This document shows, one piece after another, positions 28,589-38,153 of a stretch of DNA of 64,000 nt. The stretch covers positions 8,517 to 72,516 of the forward strand of contig JAJZKW010000001.1 in assembly GCA_021803945.1 (NCBI GenBank), in the 5' to 3' direction. The number at the start of each line of letters is the position of its first letter. The stretch's first letter is position 1. Made by a program: the position numbers and the translations under genes. This stretch comes from Candidatus Micrarchaeota archaeon (lineage in GTDB: Archaea; Micrarchaeota; Micrarchaeia; Micrarchaeales; CABMGC01). Below the pieces are notes generated by a model that was not told where the DNA came from, made no database searches, and saw only the letters and a list, made by a program, of their open reading frames with translations.

Positions 28589-29854
28589 ATGGCAGACAAA
28601 CCGCACATGAACCTGATATTCATAGGGCACATAGACCACGGGAAGTCAACAACGGTCGGAAGGCTTCTGTACGATACGAAATCGGTGTCAGAGCAGGACA
28701 TGAAGAAGCTGAAGGACGAGGTTGCGAAGTACAACAGGCCTACATTCGAGTTCGCATTCGTTATGGACCAGCTCAAGGAAGAGAGAGAAAGAGGAATAAC
28801 AATAGACATAATGCACAGGGACTTCCAGACCCCTAAGTACTACTTCACTATCATAGATGCGCCGGGGCACAGGGACTTCGTGAAGAACATGATCACAGGC
28901 GCGAGCCAGGCAGATGCAGCAGTGCTCGTAGTCTCCACTCCTGATGGTGTGCAGTCGCAGACAAGGGAGCACGCATACCTCGCAAGGGTGCTGGGCATAA
29001 GGCAGCTCATAGTGGGATTCAACAAGATAGATGCAGCCAGCTATGACAGGGCAAAGTTCGACGATGCAAAGAACAAGGTATCGGAACTGCTCAAGACAGT
29101 CGGTTATGACGTGACCAAGGTCCTTTTCGTTCCTTATTCCGCGCTTGAAGGGGTCAATGTATCATCAAAGTCGGACAAGCTCGGCTGGTACACCGGACCT
29201 ACTCTTCTAGAGGCTCTTGACACACTGCAGCTTCCAGAGAAGCCGCTGAACAAGCCGCTAAGGCTTCCTATACAGGATGCATACAGCATATCTGGATTTG
29301 GAACGGTTCCAGTGGGAAGGGTGGAAACAGGAGTCATGAAGGTCGGAGATTCAATAATAATAATGCCTGCAGGAGTCAAGACTGAGGTGAAGAGCATAGA
29401 GATGCATCATCAGCAGCTGCAGAAGGCAGAGCCTGGAGACAATGTAGGATTCAACATAAAAGGAGTTGACAAGAAAGACGTAAAGAAGGGAGACGTAGTC
29501 GGCCCTTCGGACAACCCCCCTTCCGTAGTATCAGAGTTTACTGCGCAGATAGTGGTGATAAACCACCCTACCGCAATAGCTCCAGGATACACTCCAGTAT
29601 TCCACATACACACTGCACAGATGGCAGCAACCATAACGGAGATAACTGAGAAGAAGGACCCGAAGACCGGCCTTACCGTGCAGAAGAATCCGGAGTTCAT
29701 AAAGAACGGCGATGTTGCCATAGTCAAGGTAAAGCCTACCAAGGCGGTATGCATAGAGAAGTTCAGCGAATTCCCTCCTCTTGGCAGGTTCGCAATAAGG
29801 GACATGGGCCAGACTGTTGCAGCCGGAGTAGTGCTTGACATAGTGAAGAAGTGA
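28589..29854 (+). CDS. tuf: Translation elongation factor EF-1 alpha
   Basis: '[14 protein letters not shown]', 'DAPGHRDF', 'NKID' GTPase motifs. Start set at 'MADKPHMNL'. Confidence 0.97.
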   Translation: MADKPHMNLIFIGHIDHGKSTTVGRLLYDTKSVSEQDMKKLKDEVAKYNRPTFEFAFVMDQLKEERERGITIDIMHRDFQTPKYYFTIIDAPGHRDFVKNMITGASQADAAVLVVSTPDGVQSQTREHAYLARVLGIRQLIVGFNKIDAASYDRAKFDDAKNKVSELLKTVGYDVTKVLFVPYSALEGVNVSSKSDKLGWYTGPTLLEALDTLQLPEKPLNKPLRLPIQDAYSISGFGTVPVGRVETGVMKVGDSIIIMPAGVKTEVKSIEMHHQQLQKAEPGDNVGFNIKGVDKKDVKKGDVVGPSDNPPSVVSEFTAQIVVINHPTAIAPGYTPVFHIHTAQMAATITEITEKKDPKTGLTVQKNPEFIKNGDVAIVKVKPTKAVCIEKFSEFPPLGRFAIRDMGQTVAAGVVLDIVKK

Positions 29855-29864
29855 ATGTGATTAG

Positions 29865-30170
29865 TTGCCTGTAGCCAGAATAAAGATAATAAGCAGGAAT
29901 GTCAAGGACGCGCATACAATATCATCGCAGATCATAGAGATTGCAAAGCTTGCGACCATAAAGTCCAGGGGCCCAGTACCTCTTCCTACGAAAAGGCTGA
30001 AGATAAGCACCAGGAAGACTCCATGCGGAGACGGCTCGCACACATTCGAGCACTGGGAGATGAGGATACACAAGCTACTCGTCGAGATAGAAGGCAGCGA
30101 CCAGGCGCTAAGGCAGGTGATGAGGATCCCTGTCCCTGACACCGTGCAGATAGAGATGTCGCTTTCCTAA
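29865..30170 (+). CDS. rps10: 30S ribosomal protein S10 (uS10)
   Basis: 'ARIKI...GPVPLPTKRLKISTRKTPCGDGSHTFEHWEMRIHKLLVEI'. TTG start 10 nt after the tuf stop, the conserved archaeal tuf-rps10 pair. Confidence 0.9.
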   Translation: MPVARIKIISRNVKDAHTISSQIIEIAKLATIKSRGPVPLPTKRLKISTRKTPCGDGSHTFEHWEMRIHKLLVEIEGSDQALRQVMRIPVPDTVQIEMSLS

Positions 30171-30263
30171 TCGCAGCAGAAGCCTAATTATAAGCCTGCA
30201 CAAACAAAAGCCACTAACATGGCAAAACGCAGTACTACTCTCTAGCCCTACCGCAATATGCGG

Positions 30264-31127
30264 CTACGCCCTTTTGCCAAGCGCAATCCTAACAGCAGAC
30301 TCTATTGTTGGCTCTCCGAACTCCTTCCACGCATTTCCCGACCTCTTTGATATCTCGAGGAACGCATCGCCCTTAGGCCCTGATGATCCAGGAGCGAGGC
30401 ACAGCAGGCCTTCCTTCACCCCGAACATGCTGTCCGAAAACAGCGCATCAAGCTTTCTGTATCCTATTGTGATGGCCACATTGTCTCCTTCTCCGAATCC
30501 AACGCCTGAGCGCAGCGTTGTGAGCTTTATGTTTCCATACCCATCCACATGCGCAATCCTGTTGATCCCTGGTTTAGGTATTGTTCCAAGGGCTATCTTC
30601 CTGCCGAGGCAGGAATAGTTGCCTTCGGCTATGTCCCTGAGCGCGAATGGGAATATGTCCCTTGACCTGAACTGCGATCCGCGGTCCGGGACGCCGACTG
30701 CGCGGAGGTCTTTTATCATCGGTTTTATGAAGGAGAACGACTCTCCCGAAAGCGCTCCAACGACTTCCACCCCATTGTCAAGCCTTGCATATGCCAGCCT
30801 CTCTCCCTCGTTGTCCTTCTGCGGCTTCGGGCTCCCTTTCCTAGGCGCAGTGTTTAGGAATAGGTATGTCCTGATCGCATCTCCGCCTGGCAGAGACATT
30901 AGCTTGCTATGGTTAAGCGCCAGCTGGTACGCCCAGAACCCTGTCTGGATCGTGCTGAACGGCTCGACGCATACTCTCTGCACTTCAGCCTCTGGGATAA
31001 GGCTGCTTATGAACTGGTGTACCTCTATGAACGAAGGATCGTCCTTTCCGTAGTCTGCTATGACGAATACCTGCAATCTCCTGTTTGCTATCCAATCGCC
31101 CCCAACCACGCCACACGGCCTTTGCAC
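30264..31127 (-). CDS. Divergent SAM hydroxide adenosyltransferase / SAM hydrolase-like (DUF62) protein
   Basis: 'FVIADYGKDDPSFIEV', 'FRSRDIFPFALRDIAEG', 'HVDGYGNIKLT' and 'LEISKRSGNAWKEF' line up with the conserved DUF62 blocks. The usual 'DPGVG' block reads 'NTAPRKG'. Confidence 0.55.
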   Translation of the reverse strand: MQRPCGVVGGDWIANRRLQVFVIADYGKDDPSFIEVHQFISSLIPEAEVQRVCVEPFSTIQTGFWAYQLALNHSKLMSLPGGDAIRTYLFLNTAPRKGSPKPQKDNEGERLAYARLDNGVEVVGALSGESFSFIKPMIKDLRAVGVPDRGSQFRSRDIFPFALRDIAEGNYSCLGRKIALGTIPKPGINRIAHVDGYGNIKLTTLRSGVGFGEGDNVAITIGYRKLDALFSDSMFGVKEGLLCLAPGSSGPKGDAFLEISKRSGNAWKEFGEPTIESAVRIALGKRA

Positions 31128-31130
31128 GGC

Positions 31131-32348
31131 TCAGAATGTCTTATATTTTCCAAGCGATATGTCCATTGTGAATTCCCCTATCCTCTCGAGCCATGAATCA
31201 GCTATATACCTTGCCTTCCCCTTCAGGTTGTTGAAATTTGCCCCTGATGCAGCTGATATCTCCATGTTGAGGTTAAGGGGCTGGTCTATCCTGTGCCCTA
31301 TTTGCGACATTATTGCTATATTGCATTCCCTTATGCCCGGGTACTGCTTCACCACGTCATTTGCTATCTCGGTCGCGAGGAGGTTGTATATCTTGCCTAT
31401 GTGGCTAACAGGGTTCTTGCCTGCTGCAGCCTCCAGGCTCATTGGCCTGAACGGCGTTATAAGCCCATTTACCCTGTTCCCCCTACCTACCGATCCATCG
31501 TCTCCTGCTTCGCAGCTGAGTCCGGTCTTCGTCAGGTACACGGCATCGCTTCCCTCAGGGTCAGCCGTGTTTATCTGTACCTCCACGTCCCTGCCAGTGA
31601 GCCTCTCAGCGAATCTCTTCACATCTCTCCTTATCCTCTCCTTGTATCCTACGTACTGGTCGAGATCTTTGACGAGCTTAGCAACGAATGCTATGGCTAT
31701 GGTGAGGGTTATGCTATCCCCGTTCCTCAGTCCCATCACCTTTATATCTTCCCCTACAGAAGGCATGCGCTGCTTGTACGCCCTGCTGTTCAGGTATCTC
31801 TCCGTCTCGAGCACTATCCTTTCCGTATCAGTGAACGGCGCAAAGCCTATACCGAAGGAGGTATCATTGGCCAGGGGCACTTCATGACCAGATCCCCTGA
31901 CAAACAGGTCCGTGAGGTCAGCGCTCCCGTTCGCTATCTTCGAAACGAACACCACCTCGTTCTTCACGTCAAGGAAACGGGAGTGCTCCTTCAGGTATTT
32001 AATTGCCACCTCCCTCGCTATGCCGTTTACGTCTATCCTGACTCCCTTGTACCTGTCCGTGGCCCTTCCTGTGATTATCACCTCGATCTTCTTGGTGATC
32101 TTCCCGTATCCGAAAGCAGCTTCAGATGCTCCCCCAATTATCAGGCCCTTGTCGACATTGTGGTGCAGTATTGTGTCGTCGCACCTGGCAAGGTACTCCC
32201 TGCTCAGTGCATGGCTCGTCGCGTCCACGATGCCGTCTATCAAGCTGTCCGGGTGCCCTATCCCCTTCCTCTCGACATACTCTATGCTGTGCTCTGCCAC
32301 CGGTATTCCATTCAGCTTATTTACTGATATATTACTCATTTTCACCAT
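31131..32348 (-). CDS. metK: Archaeal-type S-adenosylmethionine synthetase
   Basis: 'VERKGIGHPDSLIDGI', 'GLIIGG', 'GDDGSVGRGNRVNGLITP', characteristic of the archaeal MAT family. Confidence 0.9.
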   Translation of the reverse strand: MVKMSNISVNKLNGIPVAEHSIEYVERKGIGHPDSLIDGIVDATSHALSREYLARCDDTILHHNVDKGLIIGGASEAAFGYGKITKKIEVIITGRATDRYKGVRIDVNGIAREVAIKYLKEHSRFLDVKNEVVFVSKIANGSADLTDLFVRGSGHEVPLANDTSFGIGFAPFTDTERIVLETERYLNSRAYKQRMPSVGEDIKVMGLRNGDSITLTIAIAFVAKLVKDLDQYVGYKERIRRDVKRFAERLTGRDVEVQINTADPEGSDAVYLTKTGLSCEAGDDGSVGRGNRVNGLITPFRPMSLEAAAGKNPVSHIGKIYNLLATEIANDVVKQYPGIRECNIAIMSQIGHRIDQPLNLNMEISAASGANFNNLKGKARYIADSWLERIGEFTMDISLGKYKTF

Positions 32349-32434
32349 CTACAAATCAGGCATACGGAATACCTCAAAGAAAACATATAAATACATATAT
32401 AATTATTACTACGCATAATATTACTGATGATAAT

Positions 32435-33049
32435 ATGTTCCTCCTGCATTCTAAGCCAGAGCCCGGAATGGCCACGCTGGACAAGGTGTCGTCAATGGTG
32501 AGGGAGCGGAGGAAGGCACTGGGGATGACACAGAAGAGGCTTGCAAGGATGTGCGGCTTCAGCCAGAGCACAGTTGCAAGGATGGAGACCGACATAGCCT
32601 CCCTCAATCCGAGCTACCGGTCAGTATTCTACATAATGGACGCCCTGGACAGGTCAAAGGGCACGGGCCACGGCGAGATAATGAGCCGGAGGGCGAAGGA
32701 GATAATGCATAAGAAGATAATATGCGTGAAGGCCGAGGACTCCCTCTTCGAGACGATAGGGGTCTTCAAGGATTACGACTTCCCGCAGCTTCCTGTCCTT
32801 GACAATTCCGGCCATGTCATCGGAACTGTCTACCAGAGGGACCTGCTGAACACAGCGATGCAGGCTCCTGACATGGTGAGAAGGAAGACGGTAAGCAGCA
32901 TAATGAAGGCCTCGCTGCCGCAGGTAGACAAGGAATCGGAGCTTACACGGCTGAAGCCGATACTCGAGGGCGCAGGCGCAGTCATTGTGACGGACAAGGG
33001 GAAGGCGGTCGGCATAATAACCATATACGACATACTCAAGGCAGTCTAG
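32435..33049 (+). CDS. XRE-type HTH plus tandem CBS domain regulator
   Basis: 'VRERRKALGMTQKRLARMCGFSQSTVARMETD' HTH followed by two CBS modules ('...PQLPVLDNSGHVIGTVYQRDLL', '...VIVTDKGKAVGIITIYDILK'). The ORF-track upstream extension is rejected. Confidence 0.75.
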   Translation: MFLLHSKPEPGMATLDKVSSMVRERRKALGMTQKRLARMCGFSQSTVARMETDIASLNPSYRSVFYIMDALDRSKGTGHGEIMSRRAKEIMHKKIICVKAEDSLFETIGVFKDYDFPQLPVLDNSGHVIGTVYQRDLLNTAMQAPDMVRRKTVSSIMKASLPQVDKESELTRLKPILEGAGAVIVTDKGKAVGIITIYDILKAV

Positions 33050-34464
33050 GAGGCAGACTTGCTGCATGCAAGGAGCTTGTATGCCATCCCTCTCTCCTCA
33101 TGTATTATGTTGTTGGCCTCTTCCTTGTCATCCGACACGCAGTACAGCTCATCCATTCTCTTCCCGTAATAGTGTATGAGCTTGTAGCCCTCATGGTACA
33201 CTGCTGTTGCCGGACTATCCTGCTCGGCTTTCTTCCTGTATATCATACCTGCGTTCTTCGACCTTCTCTTGAAGAGCCTAAGAAGATATGTGTCCCATAC
33301 CTCAGTTATGCCGGTATGGTCAGATACAACAGGCTTGCCGGCTTTTGCTGCCAGCCTTCCGGCCATCATCCCATTAAGGTCTGTGAGGCTGAACGGGCGC
33401 TCGATGACTCTGCCTTCGCGCACCTGCCTTCCCGACTTGAATTCAGACACTATTAGCGGCACTCTAGCCACTTCGTTGTACGGGAAGACGTTATGGAACA
33501 TCTCTCCGTGCTCCATGAATGCCTGCCCATGGTCGCTTGATATGATCAATGTGGCGTCATCAAGAAGGCCGCGCCTTTTCATGATGCCTATAGCATCGCC
33601 TATTTTTGCGTCAAGGTATTCTATCCTCTTCCTGTAGGCATCCTTGGTGGCCTTGAGGTCGTCCTCTCCTGCTTCCCCTATCATGTGCAGCCACTTGTCC
33701 TGCTCAACGTAATTCCTGGTCACGAGGTTTGTCGGATACCCTTCATGGCCTTCCATGTAGTTGATGAATATGAAGTTCCTCTTGCTGCTGTCCGATTTGA
33801 GGTATGCGTCGAGCCGCCTATTTGTCTCGCTCGCCCCCTTGTCCAGGCTGTAATATCCGTATTCTACTGAGAAGTGCCTGTTCAGCCTCCTCCTGAGACC
33901 CAGGTACATCTCATCGAGCTTCTCCTCAGGTATAACAGAGGACATGCCGTATGCAAGCCTTATCAGGTTCTTTCTTGCGAAGTCGCTCTGTATGAGGCGG
34001 AGCACAGCCTTCACCGATGTCCTGCCCGAGTCCAGCTTGTTGTCTATGAATATGTTGCTGACATGCGAGAATCCCTTGGCAAGCCCTGTCGGCTCAGAGA
34101 CAAACGGGTTGTTTGAGAAGAGCGCGCTCCTGTATCCGAAGTATTCCATTATGCTTGCAATCGTAAGGTCATTCGACTCGTACCTCGACTTCCTGAGCAG
34201 CGGGTCCGTCTTCATGTCGCTGAACCTCATCCCTGTCCCGTTGAGCCACGGTATGCTGCGCACGCGCTTTCCTGTGAAAATGGAGAGATGCGAAGGCAGG
34301 GTGTATGTGCCAGGTGATATTGCCATGTCATATCTCGTCCCATTCCTTGCGAGCCTGTCCAAGTTGCTTGTCCTTGCCTCTCCTCCATATGGGCTGAGGA
34401 AGTCGGCCCTCACGGTGTCAAGCATCACGAACACAATATTCTCGCTATTCATAGGCCCGCCCAT
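33046..34464 (-). CDS. Sulfatase-family (alkaline phosphatase superfamily) protein with Thr in the nucleophile position
   Basis: 'VFVMLDTVRADFLSPYGG', 'SPGTYTLPSHLSIFTGK' (aligns to CxPSR but reads T-L-P-S-H), 'IISSDHGQAF'. Confidence 0.7.
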   Translation of the reverse strand: MGGPMNSENIVFVMLDTVRADFLSPYGGEARTSNLDRLARNGTRYDMAISPGTYTLPSHLSIFTGKRVRSIPWLNGTGMRFSDMKTDPLLRKSRYESNDLTIASIMEYFGYRSALFSNNPFVSEPTGLAKGFSHVSNIFIDNKLDSGRTSVKAVLRLIQSDFARKNLIRLAYGMSSVIPEEKLDEMYLGLRRRLNRHFSVEYGYYSLDKGASETNRRLDAYLKSDSSKRNFIFINYMEGHEGYPTNLVTRNYVEQDKWLHMIGEAGEDDLKATKDAYRKRIEYLDAKIGDAIGIMKRRGLLDDATLIISSDHGQAFMEHGEMFHNVFPYNEVARVPLIVSEFKSGRQVREGRVIERPFSLTDLNGMMAGRLAAKAGKPVVSDHTGITEVWDTYLLRLFKRRSKNAGMIYRKKAEQDSPATAVYHEGYKLIHYYGKRMDELYCVSDDKEEANNIIHEERGMAYKLLACSKSAS

Positions 34465-35417
34465 CAGAGCAGCTCAAGATAAGAGAACATGACAGGTAGT
34501 ATTATCGTAATGTCGCCGTCTATAGTAGTGTACCTGGCCTTCTCCTTCACCTTTCCCCATGAAACTGCCTCTGTCAGCCTCGCCCCCGAAAGGCTGCCGT
34601 CATACTGCGATGCAGTTGTTATGTAGACCGCGTAATCAAGCCCCCCCTTGAACTGGTTCCACCATATTACATGGTGCTTGCTTATGCCTCCTCCGAGCAT
34701 GAGCGCCCCAGTGGTCTTGTTGTCGAAGGATATGTTGCTAAGCTCAAGCTCGTCCTTTATCAGGTTGAGCTTGAAGTCGTGGTCCTGGGCGAACAGCGAA
34801 AGCTGCGTGCCGAAGGCGCCATCGAGTATTCCCGGAGCATATATCGGGACGTTGTTGAGGTATGCCTGCCTCACTATCGAGTGCTCGTCCGTCATCCTCT
34901 TTCCGAATTCCCTGAGAAGCTCGCTCGCGCTGTATTCCTTCTTGTAATCTTTCGACCTGTAGATATCGCCCATTATCTCCGCGAAGTACTTTTCGAGGGC
35001 TAGGCCATACTGTTCGCTGCCTATGAATATATTGCCTAGCCGATAGATGTCCATCTCGTGCAGCTTTGCGTCGTCAGCCTCGAACTTCCCGAGGCTGTAC
35101 TTGCCTCCGTATGCCTTGGCTATGTCATGGTCAAGAGTCCCGCATGTGGTCACTATTGCGTCAAAGTACTTGACCGAATCCGCGATCATGCCCCGCAGCC
35201 CCGTCGCGATTATGTCGGCAGGGAACGAGAGGAAGTTGAATGAATCCTTGTCAGCAAGCATGCTCTTGAGTATGTCTATGCCCTCTATCATGTGCTGCGC
35301 AGAGAATCCGCCGATGTTCCTCTGCGAGTCTATTAGCTGTCTTACAGTCATCTTCTTCCTGAGCCTGACGTCCTTGACGCGGTTCTCCAATAGTCTCTTT
35401 TTTATATCGCCAGACAT
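34464..35417 (-). CDS. dys: Deoxyhypusine synthase
   Basis: 'LSFPADIIATGLRGMIADSVKYFDAIVTTCGTLDHD', 'GGGISKHH'. Start set at 'MSGDIKKRL'. The stop overlaps the start of the sulfatase-like gene. Confidence 0.9.
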   Translation of the reverse strand: MSGDIKKRLLENRVKDVRLRKKMTVRQLIDSQRNIGGFSAQHMIEGIDILKSMLADKDSFNFLSFPADIIATGLRGMIADSVKYFDAIVTTCGTLDHDIAKAYGGKYSLGKFEADDAKLHEMDIYRLGNIFIGSEQYGLALEKYFAEIMGDIYRSKDYKKEYSASELLREFGKRMTDEHSIVRQAYLNNVPIYAPGILDGAFGTQLSLFAQDHDFKLNLIKDELELSNISFDNKTTGALMLGGGISKHHVIWWNQFKGGLDYAVYITTASQYDGSLSGARLTEAVSWGKVKEKARYTTIDGDITIILPVMFSYLELL

Positions 35418-35579
35418 AGCAACAAACACCAACAGCGCTTCAGCTGCAATTAAATATTGAGCCCAAAAGCCATAATAATGCGACCTTCGGCTTGAACCAA
35501 CAAAAAATACACTGTTTAGATCTTCAAAAGCCTTGGCATTATGCAAGACAAGACGAATACCTTGAGTATGATTTTGTGC

Positions 35580-37046
35580 TCATACCCAAAAATTATCAAT
35601 AGGTCTGTTATGTCCAGCGCTACTCCACGCCTTCGAAGAAACTCCCTCTACGTCTCCTCCGATTACCTGAGATATGCCATAATGTCTTGAAAATTTATTA
35701 TCAAACCTTCTGTGACAAAGAGAACCAACTAATATATTGGTAATTACTAAAGTCCTTTTCCGAATTCCATTGCTTGATGTATTTTGTAAAAACTCTCCCG
35801 TTTTATTCATGTCTCCATCAGACATTATCGGCATGAATAAGATGGCGCTATCAGGCAGGCCCATATAACCTATCAACGAATATTTATTTACCACTGGACC
35901 ATCTGACATATAATCAGCTAACCGTTTTCCCCATGTTTTATAAGTATCTCCCACATTTATGATATCCAATAATATTATACTTATATATTTTATCCCGACA
36001 TCCACGCTTACCGTTGGCCGTTTGATTATCCCCCGCTCCTTTAAATCATGATAAGCTTTCCTTATTGTTCCATTACCTAAATTATAGCCCTTCTCCATAT
36101 CTTTGAAATTTTTCCTACTATCAGCATTCAATTCATTTAGTGCTATAGCCTCTCTATGGGCTAGTTCGTCCGTGCCAATTTTAGTGTGCTTCCTTGTCCG
36201 CTTCCATTCTTTAGCTTTTAGTATACTTTCCATAGTCTCTTTTCTTATCGGTATAAATGAGTGCGTCTGTGCGAGAACCGTAGTGTACCATAATGAATTA
36301 TAATCCCTCAATTCTGAAGTGCGTCTGATGTCGTGAATCTCTTCAAAGGCACTAATAGGGCTATCATGCAGTGAGTATATAATTAGATCATAGTCTCCAT
36401 TAAGTAATGCAGCGAACTGCACATTAACGCTTTTATTTAATATCCTTCTAATCGCATCCAAAGAAGGTTGTTCGCGCTCAAATTTCACAAATGTCACAAA
36501 CGAGACTAGCCCCAGCTGTGCGTTGTCCAGTTCAAGGAGATATCTCATACCAAACGATTTTTCAAGCCTTTTTATCCTACTCCTTACAGCATAAATTCCA
36601 ATACCTACTTTTTTAGCTATTGTAATTACAGGAGTTCTTGCATCCATGCTTAATATAGTTAATATCCTCAGGTCTGTTTCATTCAGATTTAGTGGTAAAT
36701 CCCTTGCCATAGTCTTTTTTTTACTGCTTTCATCGTGCCATAAGACCTCTCCTCCATGCTCTGCAATTAATGCCTTTGCATTCTCCAAGTCTCCCTTTGC
36801 CGAAAACCTCTTTTTTATATATGCTCCATTGTTAGTTATTCTGCCAAGATATTCTGAAGTCACCTTCGTTTTTTGAGCTTCTTTATCCCAAACTCCGGAT
36901 TGTTTATACAGATAATACCTGCCTCCTATGTTCTTCAAAGTAACGTAAAACGGATACACTTTTTTTACTCTTTCCCAAGTGTAAGCTATTTTATCCGGGA
37001 GAGTTTCCATAGTTATATATCCTAATAAGAAACTATTTAATAACAT
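35580..37046 (-). CDS. Large (488 aa) protein with two Lrp/AsnC-like HTH-plus-effector modules
   Basis: 'LNETDLRILTILSMDARTPVITIAKKVGIGIYAVRSRIKRLEK...' followed by a RAM-like segment. A second HTH-like 'NLGNGTIRKAYHDLKERGIIKRPTV' is followed by another RAM-like segment. The N-terminal roughly 110 aa are unassigned. AT-rich. Confidence 0.5.
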   Translation of the reverse strand: MLLNSFLLGYITMETLPDKIAYTWERVKKVYPFYVTLKNIGGRYYLYKQSGVWDKEAQKTKVTSEYLGRITNNGAYIKKRFSAKGDLENAKALIAEHGGEVLWHDESSKKKTMARDLPLNLNETDLRILTILSMDARTPVITIAKKVGIGIYAVRSRIKRLEKSFGMRYLLELDNAQLGLVSFVTFVKFEREQPSLDAIRRILNKSVNVQFAALLNGDYDLIIYSLHDSPISAFEEIHDIRRTSELRDYNSLWYTTVLAQTHSFIPIRKETMESILKAKEWKRTRKHTKIGTDELAHREAIALNELNADSRKNFKDMEKGYNLGNGTIRKAYHDLKERGIIKRPTVSVDVGIKYISIILLDIINVGDTYKTWGKRLADYMSDGPVVNKYSLIGYMGLPDSAILFMPIMSDGDMNKTGEFLQNTSSNGIRKRTLVITNILVGSLCHRRFDNKFSRHYGISQVIGGDVEGVSSKAWSSAGHNRPIDNFWV

Positions 37047-37180
37047 ATGTTAAATATCAATACAATAACCTAATTAATCCATATAATTATTTATAAAGCA
37101 GGTAGTTTGTATTAATAAAATTTGCCATATTCTATAGTTATTATTTAATATCTCTCAAACCATTCTTTATCTATGATAAA

Positions 37181-37936
37181 ATGACAAACACTACAACGAG
37201 CAAAAAAAGACCTATGCAACTAGAAAGAGTAGCTGCACTCATATCAGAAGCAATGAGAAGCCCCAAGTTCCTTGTAGATCTAATGGAGACGTTAAAACAC
37301 CCAGATTTTAGCTCTTCTCAACTAGAAAGATATGTACACGAATTACACTCCAAACCACTCTCTCCCAGAGAAAAGGAACTACTTAAGCCCGAGGCACTTT
37401 CTGGAATAGCGGAATACATGTTTAGCGGAGAAGAAAATTATATCATCGACACAAGCAAATCTGACAGGAGTCGTTTTATATTCATGGTAAATACGCTAGG
37501 CATATCTAATCAGGAATTGGCAGGTGTGTCATTATCTGTTATTGACAAGCTAATTGCAGGGAAAAAACATACACGTAATGCTACTACAAATTTTATAATA
37601 GCATTAAATGTGATTAAAGAACTACATTTAACTAAGGGAGAGGTGCAAGAGCTGAAACCTTCTATCTCTTCTATATTAAATAAATCCGATTCTTATTGGC
37701 TTCGTATCGAGCATAATAACGGATTCCTTGAATGGGCACTCAGTACGCTTCATTTCACCAATGAGGAGCGTAAATCCATAGGCTTTGACCTTCTTAAAAG
37801 AGCTATATTGATAGGTGCATATGAAAATACACCATATGATACACCCACCTTATCCGAACGAATAATAGAAGCGTTCCGCATTTCAGAGAAAGAATTGTTA
37901 ACTGTTCTAATGCAACTTGCTAAGAGAGATCAATAA
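37181..37936 (+). CDS. Hypothetical protein with a possible central XRE-like HTH
   Basis: 251 aa. 'LGISNQELAGVSLSVIDKLIAGKK' resembles an XRE-family HTH. No other recognisable motif. Divergent from the tandem-Lrp gene. Confidence 0.35.
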   Translation: MTNTTTSKKRPMQLERVAALISEAMRSPKFLVDLMETLKHPDFSSSQLERYVHELHSKPLSPREKELLKPEALSGIAEYMFSGEENYIIDTSKSDRSRFIFMVNTLGISNQELAGVSLSVIDKLIAGKKHTRNATTNFIIALNVIKELHLTKGEVQELKPSISSILNKSDSYWLRIEHNNGFLEWALSTLHFTNEERKSIGFDLLKRAILIGAYENTPYDTPTLSERIIEAFRISEKELLTVLMQLAKRDQ

Positions 37937-38153
37937 ATTCCACAGAAAACCGATTAGTGAAATGTGAAAAAAATGTCTACAAAAATAACAATATTTCCCC
38001 AGATATCTGAGAGAAAACCTGTTGCATATACTCAAATACCAGGTGCAAATACACTTAGGCACTACATGATTTTCTGCACAAATTTTCATAAAATATGCAA
38101 TGTTTTAAATAGTCACAACGTGATTAGTAATTCATAGATTAAGTGGTGTCTAT

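Noticed and set aside
31060-32418. Plus-strand ORFs of 275, 344 and 168 aa.
   Set aside because: All are antisense to the archaeal SAM synthetase, show no motifs, and have biased shadow-frame composition.
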